Shown piece after piece: positions 43,730-53,145 of a DNA stretch of 64,000 nucleotides (positions are counted from its first letter, which is position 1; the number at the start of each line of letters is the position of its first letter). The notes below the pieces were generated by a model, which was not told the origin of the DNA, did no database searches, and was given only the letters and a program-made list of their open reading frames with translations. The DNA is from a bacterium (lineage in GTDB: Bacteria > JACRDZ01 > JAQUKH01). The stretch spans positions 1 through 64,000 of the forward strand of contig JAQUKH010000010.1 of assembly GCA_028719205.1 (NCBI GenBank). The letters run 5' to 3'. Position numbers and translations under genes: made by a program.

Positions 43730-45076
43730 ATGGATCTGAGAGACAAGAAAGTTACAGTTTTGGGTTCGGCAAGAACCGGATTGGATTCCGCGCTATTTTT
43801 GAAAAAAAACGGGGCGTTTGTATTTCTTAGTGAGAAAAAGCCTGAAGAATTATGGGCTAAAACAAAAAAAAAATTAGAAAGCGAAGGAATTATAACTGAG
43901 TCCGGCGGGCATACTGACAAAGTTCTGGAAGGGACAGATTTTGTTGTGGTAAGTCCCGGCATTCCGTTGAATATCCCGATCCTTATAAAAGCGGGGGAGC
44001 GGAATATTCCTGTTATCAGTGAGATAGAGCTTGCGTATTCTTTTTGTCCGTGCCCTGTTATTGCTATCGGGGGGACTAATGGCAAAACGACTACCACTAC
44101 GCTTTTGGGAGAAGTATTCAAAAAAAATAAAACACCTGTAGTTGTCGCCGGTAATATCGGGACAACTTTTATAAGCCAGATAAATAATTTAACGCCGGAG
44201 CATTTAGCGGTCCTGGAGATAAGCAGTTTTCAGCTTGAGGGAATCAAAAAATTTCACCCGGAAATAAGTATAACTCTGAATATAACTCCGGATCATCTTG
44301 ACAGGTATTCATCGATGGAAGATTATACCGCCGCGAAACAGCGTATTTTTCTAAATCAGGAAGAGAATGATTATGCGGTTCTGAATTATGATGATGAGAT
44401 AATCAGGTCCTGGGCAAAAAAAACAAAAGCAAAGGTTTTATTTTTCAGCACAAAGAAAGAATTGCCGGCTGGAACTTATCTTGAAGGGGATAATATTATA
44501 TTTTCCTTTAAAGGCAGTAAAGAAAATATTTGTTCCCGCGGTGATATTAAACTTCTTGGCGAGCATAATATCAGTAATGTATTGGCAGTTATTACTGCCT
44601 GTAAAATAAAAAATGTGGCAAACAGCATTATTATAAAAACAATCAAGTCATTCCGCGGATTAGCTCACCGGATCGAATTTGTGCGTGAGCTCGGGGGCGT
44701 AAAATTTTATAATGATTCTAAGGGTACTACCGTGGATTCGGTTATTAAGGCAATTGAGAGTTTTAATGAGCCTGTAATTCTTATCGCGGGCGGTCAGGAT
44801 AAAAATCTGGATTTTACGATCCTCAGGGATCTGATTCAAAAAAAAGTGAAACTTATTATTTTGATCGGTGAGGCAAAAAAGAAAATAGGAAAGGCTCTGG
44901 ATAAAACTGTAAAAATATATGAAAATGATACACTTGAGGAAGCAGTGAAGAACGCGAAAAAAATGGCTGAATCAGGGGATGTTGTTTTACTTTCTCCCGG
45001 ATGCACGAGTTTTGATATGTTCAGGGATTATGAGGACCGGGGAAATAAATTTAAAAAGGCAGTCAGGGATCTATAG
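43730..45076 (+). CDS. murD: UDP-MurNAc-L-Ala:D-Glu ligase
   Basis: VVSPGIP, GTNGKTTTT, EISSFQL, NITPDHLDRY, YNDSKGT, LLSPGCTSFDMF. Confidence 0.97.
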   Translation: MDLRDKKVTVLGSARTGLDSALFLKKNGAFVFLSEKKPEELWAKTKKKLESEGIITESGGHTDKVLEGTDFVVVSPGIPLNIPILIKAGERNIPVISEIELAYSFCPCPVIAIGGTNGKTTTTTLLGEVFKKNKTPVVVAGNIGTTFISQINNLTPEHLAVLEISSFQLEGIKKFHPEISITLNITPDHLDRYSSMEDYTAAKQRIFLNQEENDYAVLNYDDEIIRSWAKKTKAKVLFFSTKKELPAGTYLEGDNIIFSFKGSKENICSRGDIKLLGEHNISNVLAVITACKIKNVANSIIIKTIKSFRGLAHRIEFVRELGGVKFYNDSKGTTVDSVIKAIESFNEPVILIAGGQDKNLDFTILRDLIQKKVKLIILIGEAKKKIGKALDKTVKIYENDTLEEAVKNAKKMAESGDVVLLSPGCTSFDMFRDYEDRGNKFKKAVRDL

Positions 45077-45077
45077 T

Positions 45078-46169
45078 ATGTCAGGAAAAAACGCGTCGGA
45101 TTATAAACTTTTTTTTATTGTTCTTGTTTTAATAGGTATAGGGATCATAATGATCTACAGCTCAAGCGCGATGATAGCCTATGAAAACTTCGGGGATAGT
45201 TATTATTATCTGAAAAAACAACTTGTATGGTTCATAATAGGAATAATTTTTGTTTTAATTACGGTGAATATAGATTATCATTTTTGGGATAAGATCAGCA
45301 AGCCGCTTCTGATATTCGGCTTGATCCTTTTGGGAGTTGTTCTGATCCCGCGTGCGAGCAAAGAAATCGGGATCGCGAGACGGTGGATCGAAATAGGCGG
45401 ATTCAGGTTCCAGCCTACAGAGCTTATTAAACTTATTATCGTGATCTATATGGCAAGTTCTTTATCGAGAAAGCAGCGTGAAATAGAAGTTTCATTTTCC
45501 GCGTGGTTCCAGGACCTGATAATATTGGGCCTTGTCTGCGGGCTGGTTGTGTTACAGCCGGATTTTGGAACGGCCGTGATTTTGGGCGGCACGGTATTTA
45601 TAATGTTCTTTGTATCGGGAGTAAAACTTGTCCATCTTTTCAGTATTGTACTCTCTTGCGTGCCTTTGCTTTATTTCCTTATATTCAGCAGTGCTTACCG
45701 CATGAAAAGATTTTTGGCATTTTTTAATCCATGGCAGGATCCACAGGCATCAGGATTTCAGATCATCCAGTCCTTTCTGGCATTCGGTTCCGGCGGGACT
45801 TTTGGGCTTGGATTAGGGGAGAGCAAACAAAAATTATTTTATCTGCCAGAAGCGCATACGGATTTTATTTTTTCTATTGTCGGCGAGGAACTTGGTTTTG
45901 TCGGGGCACTGGCAGTTATTATTATTTTTATCGGATTTTTGCTGCGCGCGGGAAGGATCGTATTTAAAGCAAAAGACAGTTTCGGATGTTTCCTGAGTTT
46001 AGGAATATTAACTGTGATAGGACTGGAATTTCTGGTTAATATCTCGGTAGTATTAGGAATGCTGCCGACTAAAGGAACGCCGCTTCCTTTTATAAGTTAC
46101 GGCGGGTCATCTTTAATATTTACCATGGCGTCAGTAGGAATTTTATTAAACATTTCAAAAGAAAGCTAA
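45078..46169 (+). CDS. ftsW: SEDS protein FtsW
   Basis: Start ATG 45078; RRWI, FQPTELIK, QPDFGT, YLPEAHTDFIF, TKGTPLPFISYGGSS. Confidence 0.96.
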   Translation: MSGKNASDYKLFFIVLVLIGIGIIMIYSSSAMIAYENFGDSYYYLKKQLVWFIIGIIFVLITVNIDYHFWDKISKPLLIFGLILLGVVLIPRASKEIGIARRWIEIGGFRFQPTELIKLIIVIYMASSLSRKQREIEVSFSAWFQDLIILGLVCGLVVLQPDFGTAVILGGTVFIMFFVSGVKLVHLFSIVLSCVPLLYFLIFSSAYRMKRFLAFFNPWQDPQASGFQIIQSFLAFGSGGTFGLGLGESKQKLFYLPEAHTDFIFSIVGEELGFVGALAVIIIFIGFLLRAGRIVFKAKDSFGCFLSLGILTVIGLEFLVNISVVLGMLPTKGTPLPFISYGGSSLIFTMASVGILLNISKES

Positions 46170-46175
46170 AATTTT

Positions 46176-47264
46176 ATGTCAAAAAAAATACTCATTGCTG
46201 CCGGTGGAACAGGCGGGCATATTTATCCGGCAATTGTTCTGGGTCATGAATTGCAGAGTGAATTTAATATGGATATTTTATTTGCCGGTACTAAAAAAGG
46301 TATCGGGAAAGATATTTTTACAAAAGAAAAATTTAACTTTGAATTATTTGACGTTGAAGGATTAAGCCGTAAATTAAATTTATCGCTTTTTATAAGTTTC
46401 TGGAAATATTTTAAAAATTTTGTTAAGGCGTTATTTTTATTAAGAAGATTTAAACCTGATGTTGTAGTCGGAATGGGGGGTTACATTACGCCTCCTATTG
46501 TTCTGGCCGCGGTATTATGCAATATCCCGACGGTAATACATGAACAAAATGTTATACCCGGATTGGCTAACAGGTTCCTGAATAAGCTGGTTGATCAAAC
46601 CACAGTCGCTTTTCCGGAGGCGCTGCATTATTTTAAAAACGCGGTTGTTACCGGAAATCCGGTCAGGTTGGGCATAGAACTTGCTAAGAAAGAGACGGGT
46701 ATCCATGGCCTGAATCTGGATCCCGGGAAGATCACACTTTTTATTTTCGGGGGGAGCCAGGGAAGCCATAATCTTAATGAGGTTTTTAAAGATACTTTGT
46801 TATTATTGGAAAAAAAAGGCATAGACCTGCAGTTTATTATAATGACAGGTGAAAACGATTGGGAAAAGATGGATGAGTTTTGCAGAAATCTTCGTTTCAA
46901 ATCGATCGTCCGCCCATTTTTTTATAATATCGAAGACGCCTATGGCGCGTCGGATCTTATAATCGCGCGTTCCGGGGCATTAAGTATTTCAGAAATTTGC
47001 GCGTGCGGGAGGCCTGCAATATTTATTCCTTATCCTTATGCCGCGGGAAACCATCAATATTTTAACGCAAAAAGAGTTGAAACTAAGGGCGGGGGAATAA
47101 TCATAACGGAAAAAGAATTAAGTCCTGAAAAACTGGCAAAAGCCGTTTTTGACCTGTTGGAAAATAAAGCAAGATTAATTATGATGGGTGAAAGGAATAG
47201 AGGTTTGTATCAAAAAGGCGCGGCAAAAATACTGGCGTTAAATGTATTATCATTAATTAAGTAG
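46176..47264 (+). CDS. murG: Lipid II GlcNAc transferase
   Basis: AGGTGGHIYP, GMGGY, HEQN, TGNPVR, GGSQG, RSGA, HQYFNA. Confidence 0.97.
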   Translation: MSKKILIAAGGTGGHIYPAIVLGHELQSEFNMDILFAGTKKGIGKDIFTKEKFNFELFDVEGLSRKLNLSLFISFWKYFKNFVKALFLLRRFKPDVVVGMGGYITPPIVLAAVLCNIPTVIHEQNVIPGLANRFLNKLVDQTTVAFPEALHYFKNAVVTGNPVRLGIELAKKETGIHGLNLDPGKITLFIFGGSQGSHNLNEVFKDTLLLLEKKGIDLQFIIMTGENDWEKMDEFCRNLRFKSIVRPFFYNIEDAYGASDLIIARSGALSISEICACGRPAIFIPYPYAAGNHQYFNAKRVETKGGGIIITEKELSPEKLAKAVFDLLENKARLIMMGERNRGLYQKGAAKILALNVLSLIK

Positions 47265-47302
47265 CGGTGTTTGAAATTTAACAGATATAATATTATACAA
47301 AG

Positions 47303-47383
47303 GTTTTAAAGTCACATAGTCACAAGTCACAGGCAAAAAATTATATTTCTATCTTGTGACTTAACGACTTGTGTACTTGTGAC
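47303..47383. repeat. GTCAC-heptamer palindromic element, copy 3
   Basis: GTTTTAAA GTCACATA GTCACAA GTCACAG ... TTGTGAC TTAACGAC TTGTGTAC TTGTGAC. Confidence 0.85.
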
Positions 47384-47399
47384 TTTTGCTAGGAGACAT

Positions 47400-48776
47400 A
47401 TGCTTCCAAGAGACCGTAAAATACATTTCGTCGGGATCGGCGGTTCAGGGATGAGCGGGATTGCCGAAGTTTTGCTTAACTTAGGCTATCAGGTTACAGG
47501 TTCAGATATTAAAGAAAGTCCGGTAATAAAACATTTAGAAGAATTAGGCGGTAAAATATATTACTCGCATCACGCGGATAATATTAATAATGCTGATGTT
47601 GTTGTTATGTCCACAGCGATCCTGAATGATAATCCTGAGATATTAGCGGCACGGGAAAAAAAAGTGCCGGTTATTCCCCGCGCGGAGATGCTGTCTGAGC
47701 TTATGCGGATGAAATCAGGGATCGCGATAGCCGGTTCTCACGGGAAGACCACAACAACGTCTCTCGTGGCGTCTATTCTTGCCAGGGCGGGTATGGATCC
47801 GACTATTGTGAATGGCGGGATCTTAAACAGCCTGGGGACAAATGCCAAACTCGGGCAGGGAGAATTCCTTGTAGCGGAGGCGGATGAAAGCGACGGGTCA
47901 TTCCTTTTACTTTCGCCGGTCATTGCTATAGTAACGAACATTGATCTGGAACATCTCGATTATTTCAGAGATCTGGATCATATCAAGGAAACTTATCTTC
48001 AATTTATCAATAAAGTGCCTTTTTATGGAAGTAGTATAATTTGTCTTGATAATCCAAATATCCAAAGCATTATACCAGGAATAAAAAAGAAATTTATTAC
48101 ATACGGCTTGAAAACCCAGGCTGATATGGTAGCTAAAAATATTCAGATAAAACCGATGGAAATGCAGTTTGATGTGGTTTATCGCGGCAGGGATCTTGGC
48201 CGGTTCAATTTGCGTGCCGCGGGTATACATAATGTTTATAACGCGCTGGCCGCGATAACCTGCGCTTTGGAATTAGGAATAAGTGAAGAGAAGATTCACG
48301 AGACATTACAGGAATTTAAGGGTGTTAAAAGGCGCTTTCAGATTAAGGCTGAGGTCAATGATATTATGGTGATCGATGATTACGGCCATCATCCTACAGA
48401 AATAGAAGCAACCTTGAACGCGGCGCGAGTGGGATGGAACAGAAGAATTGTCCTTGCTTTTCAGCCGCACCGTTTTACTAGAACCAAGGCGCTGATCGAA
48501 CAATTTGGAAGATGTTTTTATCAGGCGGACGAATTAATTATAGGGCCTATTTATCCGGCGGGTGAAAAACCGATTCCCGGTATAACCGGTGAATCGATAG
48601 TGGAATCGGCAAAAAAATATGGCCAGAAAAATGTCAGGTATATTCCTGATAAAATAAAGATGCTGGAACACATTTTATCGATCGTTAAACCCGGGGATAT
48701 GGTTTTTACAATGGGCGCGGGGGATATTTGGCAGGTTGGGGAAAACCTTATTGAAAAATTAAAAGCGAATAAATAA
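47400..48776 (+). CDS. murC: UDP-MurNAc:L-Ala ligase
   Basis: AGGAG RBS before ATG 47400; HFVGIGGSGMSG, GSHGKTTT, EADESD, DDYGHHPTEI, FQPHR. Confidence 0.98.
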   Translation: MLPRDRKIHFVGIGGSGMSGIAEVLLNLGYQVTGSDIKESPVIKHLEELGGKIYYSHHADNINNADVVVMSTAILNDNPEILAAREKKVPVIPRAEMLSELMRMKSGIAIAGSHGKTTTTSLVASILARAGMDPTIVNGGILNSLGTNAKLGQGEFLVAEADESDGSFLLLSPVIAIVTNIDLEHLDYFRDLDHIKETYLQFINKVPFYGSSIICLDNPNIQSIIPGIKKKFITYGLKTQADMVAKNIQIKPMEMQFDVVYRGRDLGRFNLRAAGIHNVYNALAAITCALELGISEEKIHETLQEFKGVKRRFQIKAEVNDIMVIDDYGHHPTEIEATLNAARVGWNRRIVLAFQPHRFTRTKALIEQFGRCFYQADELIIGPIYPAGEKPIPGITGESIVESAKKYGQKNVRYIPDKIKMLEHILSIVKPGDMVFTMGAGDIWQVGENLIEKLKANK

Positions 48777-48823
48777 CCACCCCTGTTTTCCCTTCCTTCG
48801 CAAGGAGGGGATTAAGGGGAGGT
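48776..48823. repeat. Palindromic repeat family CCCCTCC..GGAGGGG, copy 2
   Basis: ACCACCCCTGTTTTCCCTTCCTTCGCAAGGAGGGGATTAAGGGGAGGT. Confidence 0.8.
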
Positions 48824-48847
48824 AATTTTTTACCGAAAGAACAAATA

Positions 48848-49777
48848 ATGAGAAAAAAAGATATTAAAGACTTGCGAATCGGCGTGCTTGCCGGCGGGGT
48901 GTCCTCGGAAAGAGAAATTTCTTTGATCAGCGGCAGGGCGGTAAAAAAAACGCTTGATGAACTAGGCCTTAAAAATGTATTTATTGATGTTGATAAAAAT
49001 ATTGCTTCCAGGTTAAAACAGGCAAAAATCGATCTTGCTTTTCTGGCTTTGCACGGCCCCGGCGGCGAAGACGGAACTATTCAGGGGCTGCTTGAAATAA
49101 TGGAAATCCCTTACACGGGCTCAGGGGTCCTGGCCTCAGCCGCGGGAATGGACAAAATATTTACCAAGCAAATCCTTGTCGCTAATAAAATCAAAACACC
49201 GGGATTTACAATTTTAAATGCCGGGGTACGGAATTTTGCGCCCTTACCGAAACTGCCGTTTGTTGTTAAACCGTCCCGTCAGGGATCAGCAGTCGGGGTT
49301 AGTATTGTTTTTAAAAAATCAGAGATCGAAAAAGCGCTTGATTCCGCTTTTTCTTTTGATGAAAATATTTTAATTGAGGAATATGTTACCGGTAAAGAAA
49401 TAACAGTCGGTATTCTGGGAGACGATGCGTTACCGGTTGTGGAGATAGTTCCAAAAAATAAATTCTACGATTTTGAGGCCAAGTATAAAAAAGGGATGTC
49501 GGAACATATCATCCCAGCGAGGCTTCCAGCCGATATTTATAAAAAGGCGCAGAAGATCGCGTTGAACACCCACAGAATATTAGGTTGCCGGGATGTTTCA
49601 AGGCTGGATATGATATATAATCCGAAAAAAGGTTTATTTGTGCTTGAAATTAATACTATCCCCGGGATGACAAGCGTGAGCTTGCTTCCTGACGCGGCAA
49701 GATCGGCGGGGATCGATTTTAAAGAAATGATACACCGGATAGTTGTTATGGCGGGAAAAAGGGCTGGATTAATATGA
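48848..49777 (+). CDS. ddl: D-alanine--D-alanine ligase
   Basis: GGVSSEREISL.SG, LHGPGGEDGTIQG, FYDFEAKY, LEINTIPGMT..SL. Confidence 0.97.
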   Translation: MRKKDIKDLRIGVLAGGVSSEREISLISGRAVKKTLDELGLKNVFIDVDKNIASRLKQAKIDLAFLALHGPGGEDGTIQGLLEIMEIPYTGSGVLASAAGMDKIFTKQILVANKIKTPGFTILNAGVRNFAPLPKLPFVVKPSRQGSAVGVSIVFKKSEIEKALDSAFSFDENILIEEYVTGKEITVGILGDDALPVVEIVPKNKFYDFEAKYKKGMSEHIIPARLPADIYKKAQKIALNTHRILGCRDVSRLDMIYNPKKGLFVLEINTIPGMTSVSLLPDAARSAGIDFKEMIHRIVVMAGKRAGLI

Positions 49778-50604
49778 GATATAGTAAAAATGTTTATTTA
49801 ACAAAACGGCGCCACTCTGACGCGAAGAGGCAGGAATCAAGATCGGATTTTTTAAATTCATTGGGTAAAATAATGACGATTTTGGTTGGAACAGCTGTGG
49901 TTGTTTCCTTGTTCTGGATAACGCGCAATTTTGTTTTAGTCTCGCCATATTTTAATATAAAAAATATTACTGTTACAGGTAATAAGGCTGTTCCAAAAGA
50001 GGACATAATAAAATTAACCGGCATAGAACCCGGGCGGAATATTTTTAAATTAAATTTAGTCAAGGTCCAATACCAGATCAAAGAAAATCCTTTGTTTGAT
50101 AAAGTGTGTGTTAAAAGGTGCCTTCCCGATAAAGTCGAGATCCAGGTGGAAGAAAGGAAATCGGCGGCGTTTTTGAATATAAAAGGGGATTTTTACCTGG
50201 TCTCGGAAAATGGAATAATTTTTAAAAAATTATCATCAGTTATTTATGAGAACCTTCCGATAATAACTAATGTAAATTTGAAAAGTATTGTCTTAGGCAG
50301 TGAAATTGATTCTTATGACCTTAAGATGGGGTTAAAGGTCATAAAGGATATTAAAAGTGTTCAACCTGAACTTTTAGCCTGCATCTCGGAAATAAACGCG
50401 GGAAATGCTGATGAGATCATCGTTTATACTAACAATGGAATAAAAATAAAGGTTGATAAAAATACTGATAAAAGCAAATGGCTTCGGTTGAATATGGTAA
50501 TAAGCGCCGCGAATTCAGAAAAAATTCCGGTTGGTTATGTGGACATGCGTTACAATAAACAGATTGTTTTAAAGCCGGCGGAAAAAACAAGTAAAAGAAC
50601 GTGA
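49774..50604 (+). CDS. ftsQ: Cell division protein FtsQ/DivIB
   Basis: TM, POTRA domain (IKNITVTGN...LPDKVEIQVEER), YVDMRY. Confidence 0.9.
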   Translation: MRYSKNVYLTKRRHSDAKRQESRSDFLNSLGKIMTILVGTAVVVSLFWITRNFVLVSPYFNIKNITVTGNKAVPKEDIIKLTGIEPGRNIFKLNLVKVQYQIKENPLFDKVCVKRCLPDKVEIQVEERKSAAFLNIKGDFYLVSENGIIFKKLSSVIYENLPIITNVNLKSIVLGSEIDSYDLKMGLKVIKDIKSVQPELLACISEINAGNADEIIVYTNNGIKIKVDKNTDKSKWLRLNMVISAANSEKIPVGYVDMRYNKQIVLKPAEKTSKRT

Positions 50605-50635
50605 AATAACGTTTTACTAATATAAGGGGGATTAC

Positions 50636-51871
50636 ATGGCAAAAGAAAAAATAATAGTAGGATTGGATATCGGTACAACAAAAATTGCTACTATTGTCGC
50701 GAAGATTGATGATAATAAAAAAGACCTGGAAATAATAGGTGTTGGGATATCAGAATCTTTTGGAATGAAAAAAGGCATGGTGACAAATCTAGAGGCGGTA
50801 ACTTCCGCTATAGAAAAGTCAGTAAGTGCCGCCGAAGAGATGGCAGGCGTAAGGATAAACAAAGTATATGCCGGGATCGCCGGTGCTCATATAAAAGGGA
50901 TAAACAGCAGGAGCGCGATAAGTGTGCAGCGTCCTGATAAAGAAATAACAAAGTATGACGTGAGCCGCGTTATGGAAGCCGCTCAGACGGTGTCTATCCC
51001 TGTTGACAGAGAGATCATTTATGTTCTGCCGCAGGATTTTATCGTGGATGAGCAGTGCGGAATATCTGAGCCGGTCGGTATTGCCGGGAATAAGCTCGAG
51101 GCGGAAGTGCATATATTTATAGGTGCAGTAACTTCCATTCAGAATCTGATAAGATGTGTTAATGAGGCCGGGATTGAAGTGGAAGAGATAGCCCCGGAAC
51201 CGCTGGTTTCAAGTTACGCGGTGTTGAACGAGGATGAAAAAAGGCTGGGTGTGATTCTCGCGGATATGGGAGGCGGCACAACGGATATCGCTATTTACGT
51301 GAATGGGATATTAAGGCATACCGCTGTTATTCCTGTAGGCGGAGATCAAATTACAAATGACCTGTCAGTAGGCTTACGTGTTCCTGTCAGCGAAGCTGAA
51401 CGGATAAAAAAGGAATATTGCAAGGCCATGTATTTCGAGGAAGACAAAACTGATCCGGTGGATATTCCATGTAACGGTAATCAGGGTGAGCGCATGTTCT
51501 CGCAAAAAGAACTTTCTTTTATAATTAAACCAAGGCTTGAGGAAATTTTCTGGCTTATACACAATGAGGTCAGAAGTTCCGGTTTTGAGGGTTTGACCGC
51601 TTCAGGATTGGTCCTGACCGGTGGGACATCCCAAATGAAAAATATCGACAAATTGGGAGAAAAAATATTTTCCCTGCCTGTCCGAAAAGGCGCGCCAAAT
51701 ACCAGCATAAAAGGTTTACATGATCTGATAAATAATCCGATATATTCCACAGGTGTAGGACTTATTCATTACGCGTGGAAGAAGCATTGTGAAGATAACA
51801 GCAAAAATGAATTAAATATATTTGAAAAAACTTTCAATAAATTAGGGTCTTTGATCAAAGCATTACCCTGA
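50636..51871 (+). CDS. ftsA: Cell division protein FtsA
   Basis: VGLDIGTTKI, DMGGGTTDIA, AERIK, VLTGG. Confidence 0.97.
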   Translation: MAKEKIIVGLDIGTTKIATIVAKIDDNKKDLEIIGVGISESFGMKKGMVTNLEAVTSAIEKSVSAAEEMAGVRINKVYAGIAGAHIKGINSRSAISVQRPDKEITKYDVSRVMEAAQTVSIPVDREIIYVLPQDFIVDEQCGISEPVGIAGNKLEAEVHIFIGAVTSIQNLIRCVNEAGIEVEEIAPEPLVSSYAVLNEDEKRLGVILADMGGGTTDIAIYVNGILRHTAVIPVGGDQITNDLSVGLRVPVSEAERIKKEYCKAMYFEEDKTDPVDIPCNGNQGERMFSQKELSFIIKPRLEEIFWLIHNEVRSSGFEGLTASGLVLTGGTSQMKNIDKLGEKIFSLPVRKGAPNTSIKGLHDLINNPIYSTGVGLIHYAWKKHCEDNSKNELNIFEKTFNKLGSLIKALP

Positions 51872-51894
51872 TTTAGTATCACAAGGAGGATAAA

Positions 51895-53025
51895 ATGGCA
51901 TTAGAATTCAGTAATGAATTTGAAAAATCCGCGTCTATTAAAGTAGTTGGAGTCGGCGGCGGCGGCGGTAACGCCGTAAACAGGATGATCGACGCTAAAA
52001 TGCAGGGGGTTGAATTTATAGCAGTTAATACTGACCTTCAGGATCTGCGCGCCTCTCAGGCAAATATTAAAATTCATATCGGTGAAAAAGTGACACGTGG
52101 ATTGGGAGCGGGATCCAGCCCGGAGCTTGGAGAAAAAGCGGCAATAGAGGATAAATCAAAAATAGCCGAGGCTTTAGAAGGCGCGGATATGGTTTTTATT
52201 ACCGCGGGTATGGGTGGCGGGACAGGTACCGGGGCGGCTCCGGTTATTGCCCAGATGGCTAAAGAAATGGGAATTTTGACGGTAGCCGTTGTTACAAAAC
52301 CGTTTATTTTTGAAGGAAGAAAGAGAGTAATGCACGCGGACGAAGGATTGAAAAAATTAACTCAACATGTAGATACCGTTATTACCATTCCTAACCAGAG
52401 GCTTTTATCGGTTGTCGGTAAAAATATTCCGATCATTGACGCTTTTAAGGTTGCTGACGACGTGTTACGGAGCGCGGTGCAGGGTATATCGGATCTTATA
52501 ACTGTTCCCGGCTTGATAAATCTGGATTTTTCAGATGTCAGGACGATCATGTCAGGCATGGGAGACGCGCTGATGGGTACAGGCTCGGCGTCAGGCGAGG
52601 GCCGCGCGATAAAAGCAGCCCAGCAGGCTATTACTAATCCTCTGCTTGAAGACACGACTATAAACGGCGCTAAAGGCATTTTAATTAACGTGACAGGCGG
52701 GCCGGAAATGACATTGCATGAAGTCAGTGAGGCCGCCAATCTAATATACGAAGCCGCGGATGAATCCGCGCATATTATTTTCGGAGCGGTGATAAATGAA
52801 GATTGCGGTGATGACGTGAGAGTCACAGTTATCGCGACCGGGTTTGAAAGGCCAAGCCGGAGCAAAGACCTGGATAAAAACGAATTCAGTTTTGACCGCA
52901 CAAAAAATCCGGCAAATAAAAATTTTGAAAAACGCGAAGGATTCAAATTAGAACAGTTTCTTTCAAATAATATGGAAGATAATTTAGATATCCCGGCATT
53001 TTTGAGAAATCAAAAATCCATGTAA
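51895..53025 (+). CDS. ftsZ: Cell division protein FtsZ
   Basis: [26 protein letters not shown]-terminal LDIPAFLR. Confidence 0.99.
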   Translation: MALEFSNEFEKSASIKVVGVGGGGGNAVNRMIDAKMQGVEFIAVNTDLQDLRASQANIKIHIGEKVTRGLGAGSSPELGEKAAIEDKSKIAEALEGADMVFITAGMGGGTGTGAAPVIAQMAKEMGILTVAVVTKPFIFEGRKRVMHADEGLKKLTQHVDTVITIPNQRLLSVVGKNIPIIDAFKVADDVLRSAVQGISDLITVPGLINLDFSDVRTIMSGMGDALMGTGSASGEGRAIKAAQQAITNPLLEDTTINGAKGILINVTGGPEMTLHEVSEAANLIYEAADESAHIIFGAVINEDCGDDVRVTVIATGFERPSRSKDLDKNEFSFDRTKNPANKNFEKREGFKLEQFLSNNMEDNLDIPAFLRNQKSM

Positions 53026-53055
53026 TAACAGAAAAACAAAATTCAAAATAAATTT

Positions 53056-53092
53056 AACCCTGGCTTCTATAATTCAGAAGCCGGGGTTTTTT
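53056..53092 (+). terminator. Intrinsic terminator after ftsZ
   Basis: AACCCTGGCTTCT...AGAAGCCGGGGTT followed by a T-run. Confidence 0.8.
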
Positions 53093-53145
53093 GTTGCATT
53101 TATTCCCCATAATGACCCAAATCTCTGATATAATTTTATAATCAT

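Noticed and set aside
38585-47383. GTCAC repeats as CRISPR repeats
   Set aside because: Units are 7-8 nt arranged as inverted arms and separated by kilobases of genes, not a repeat-spacer array
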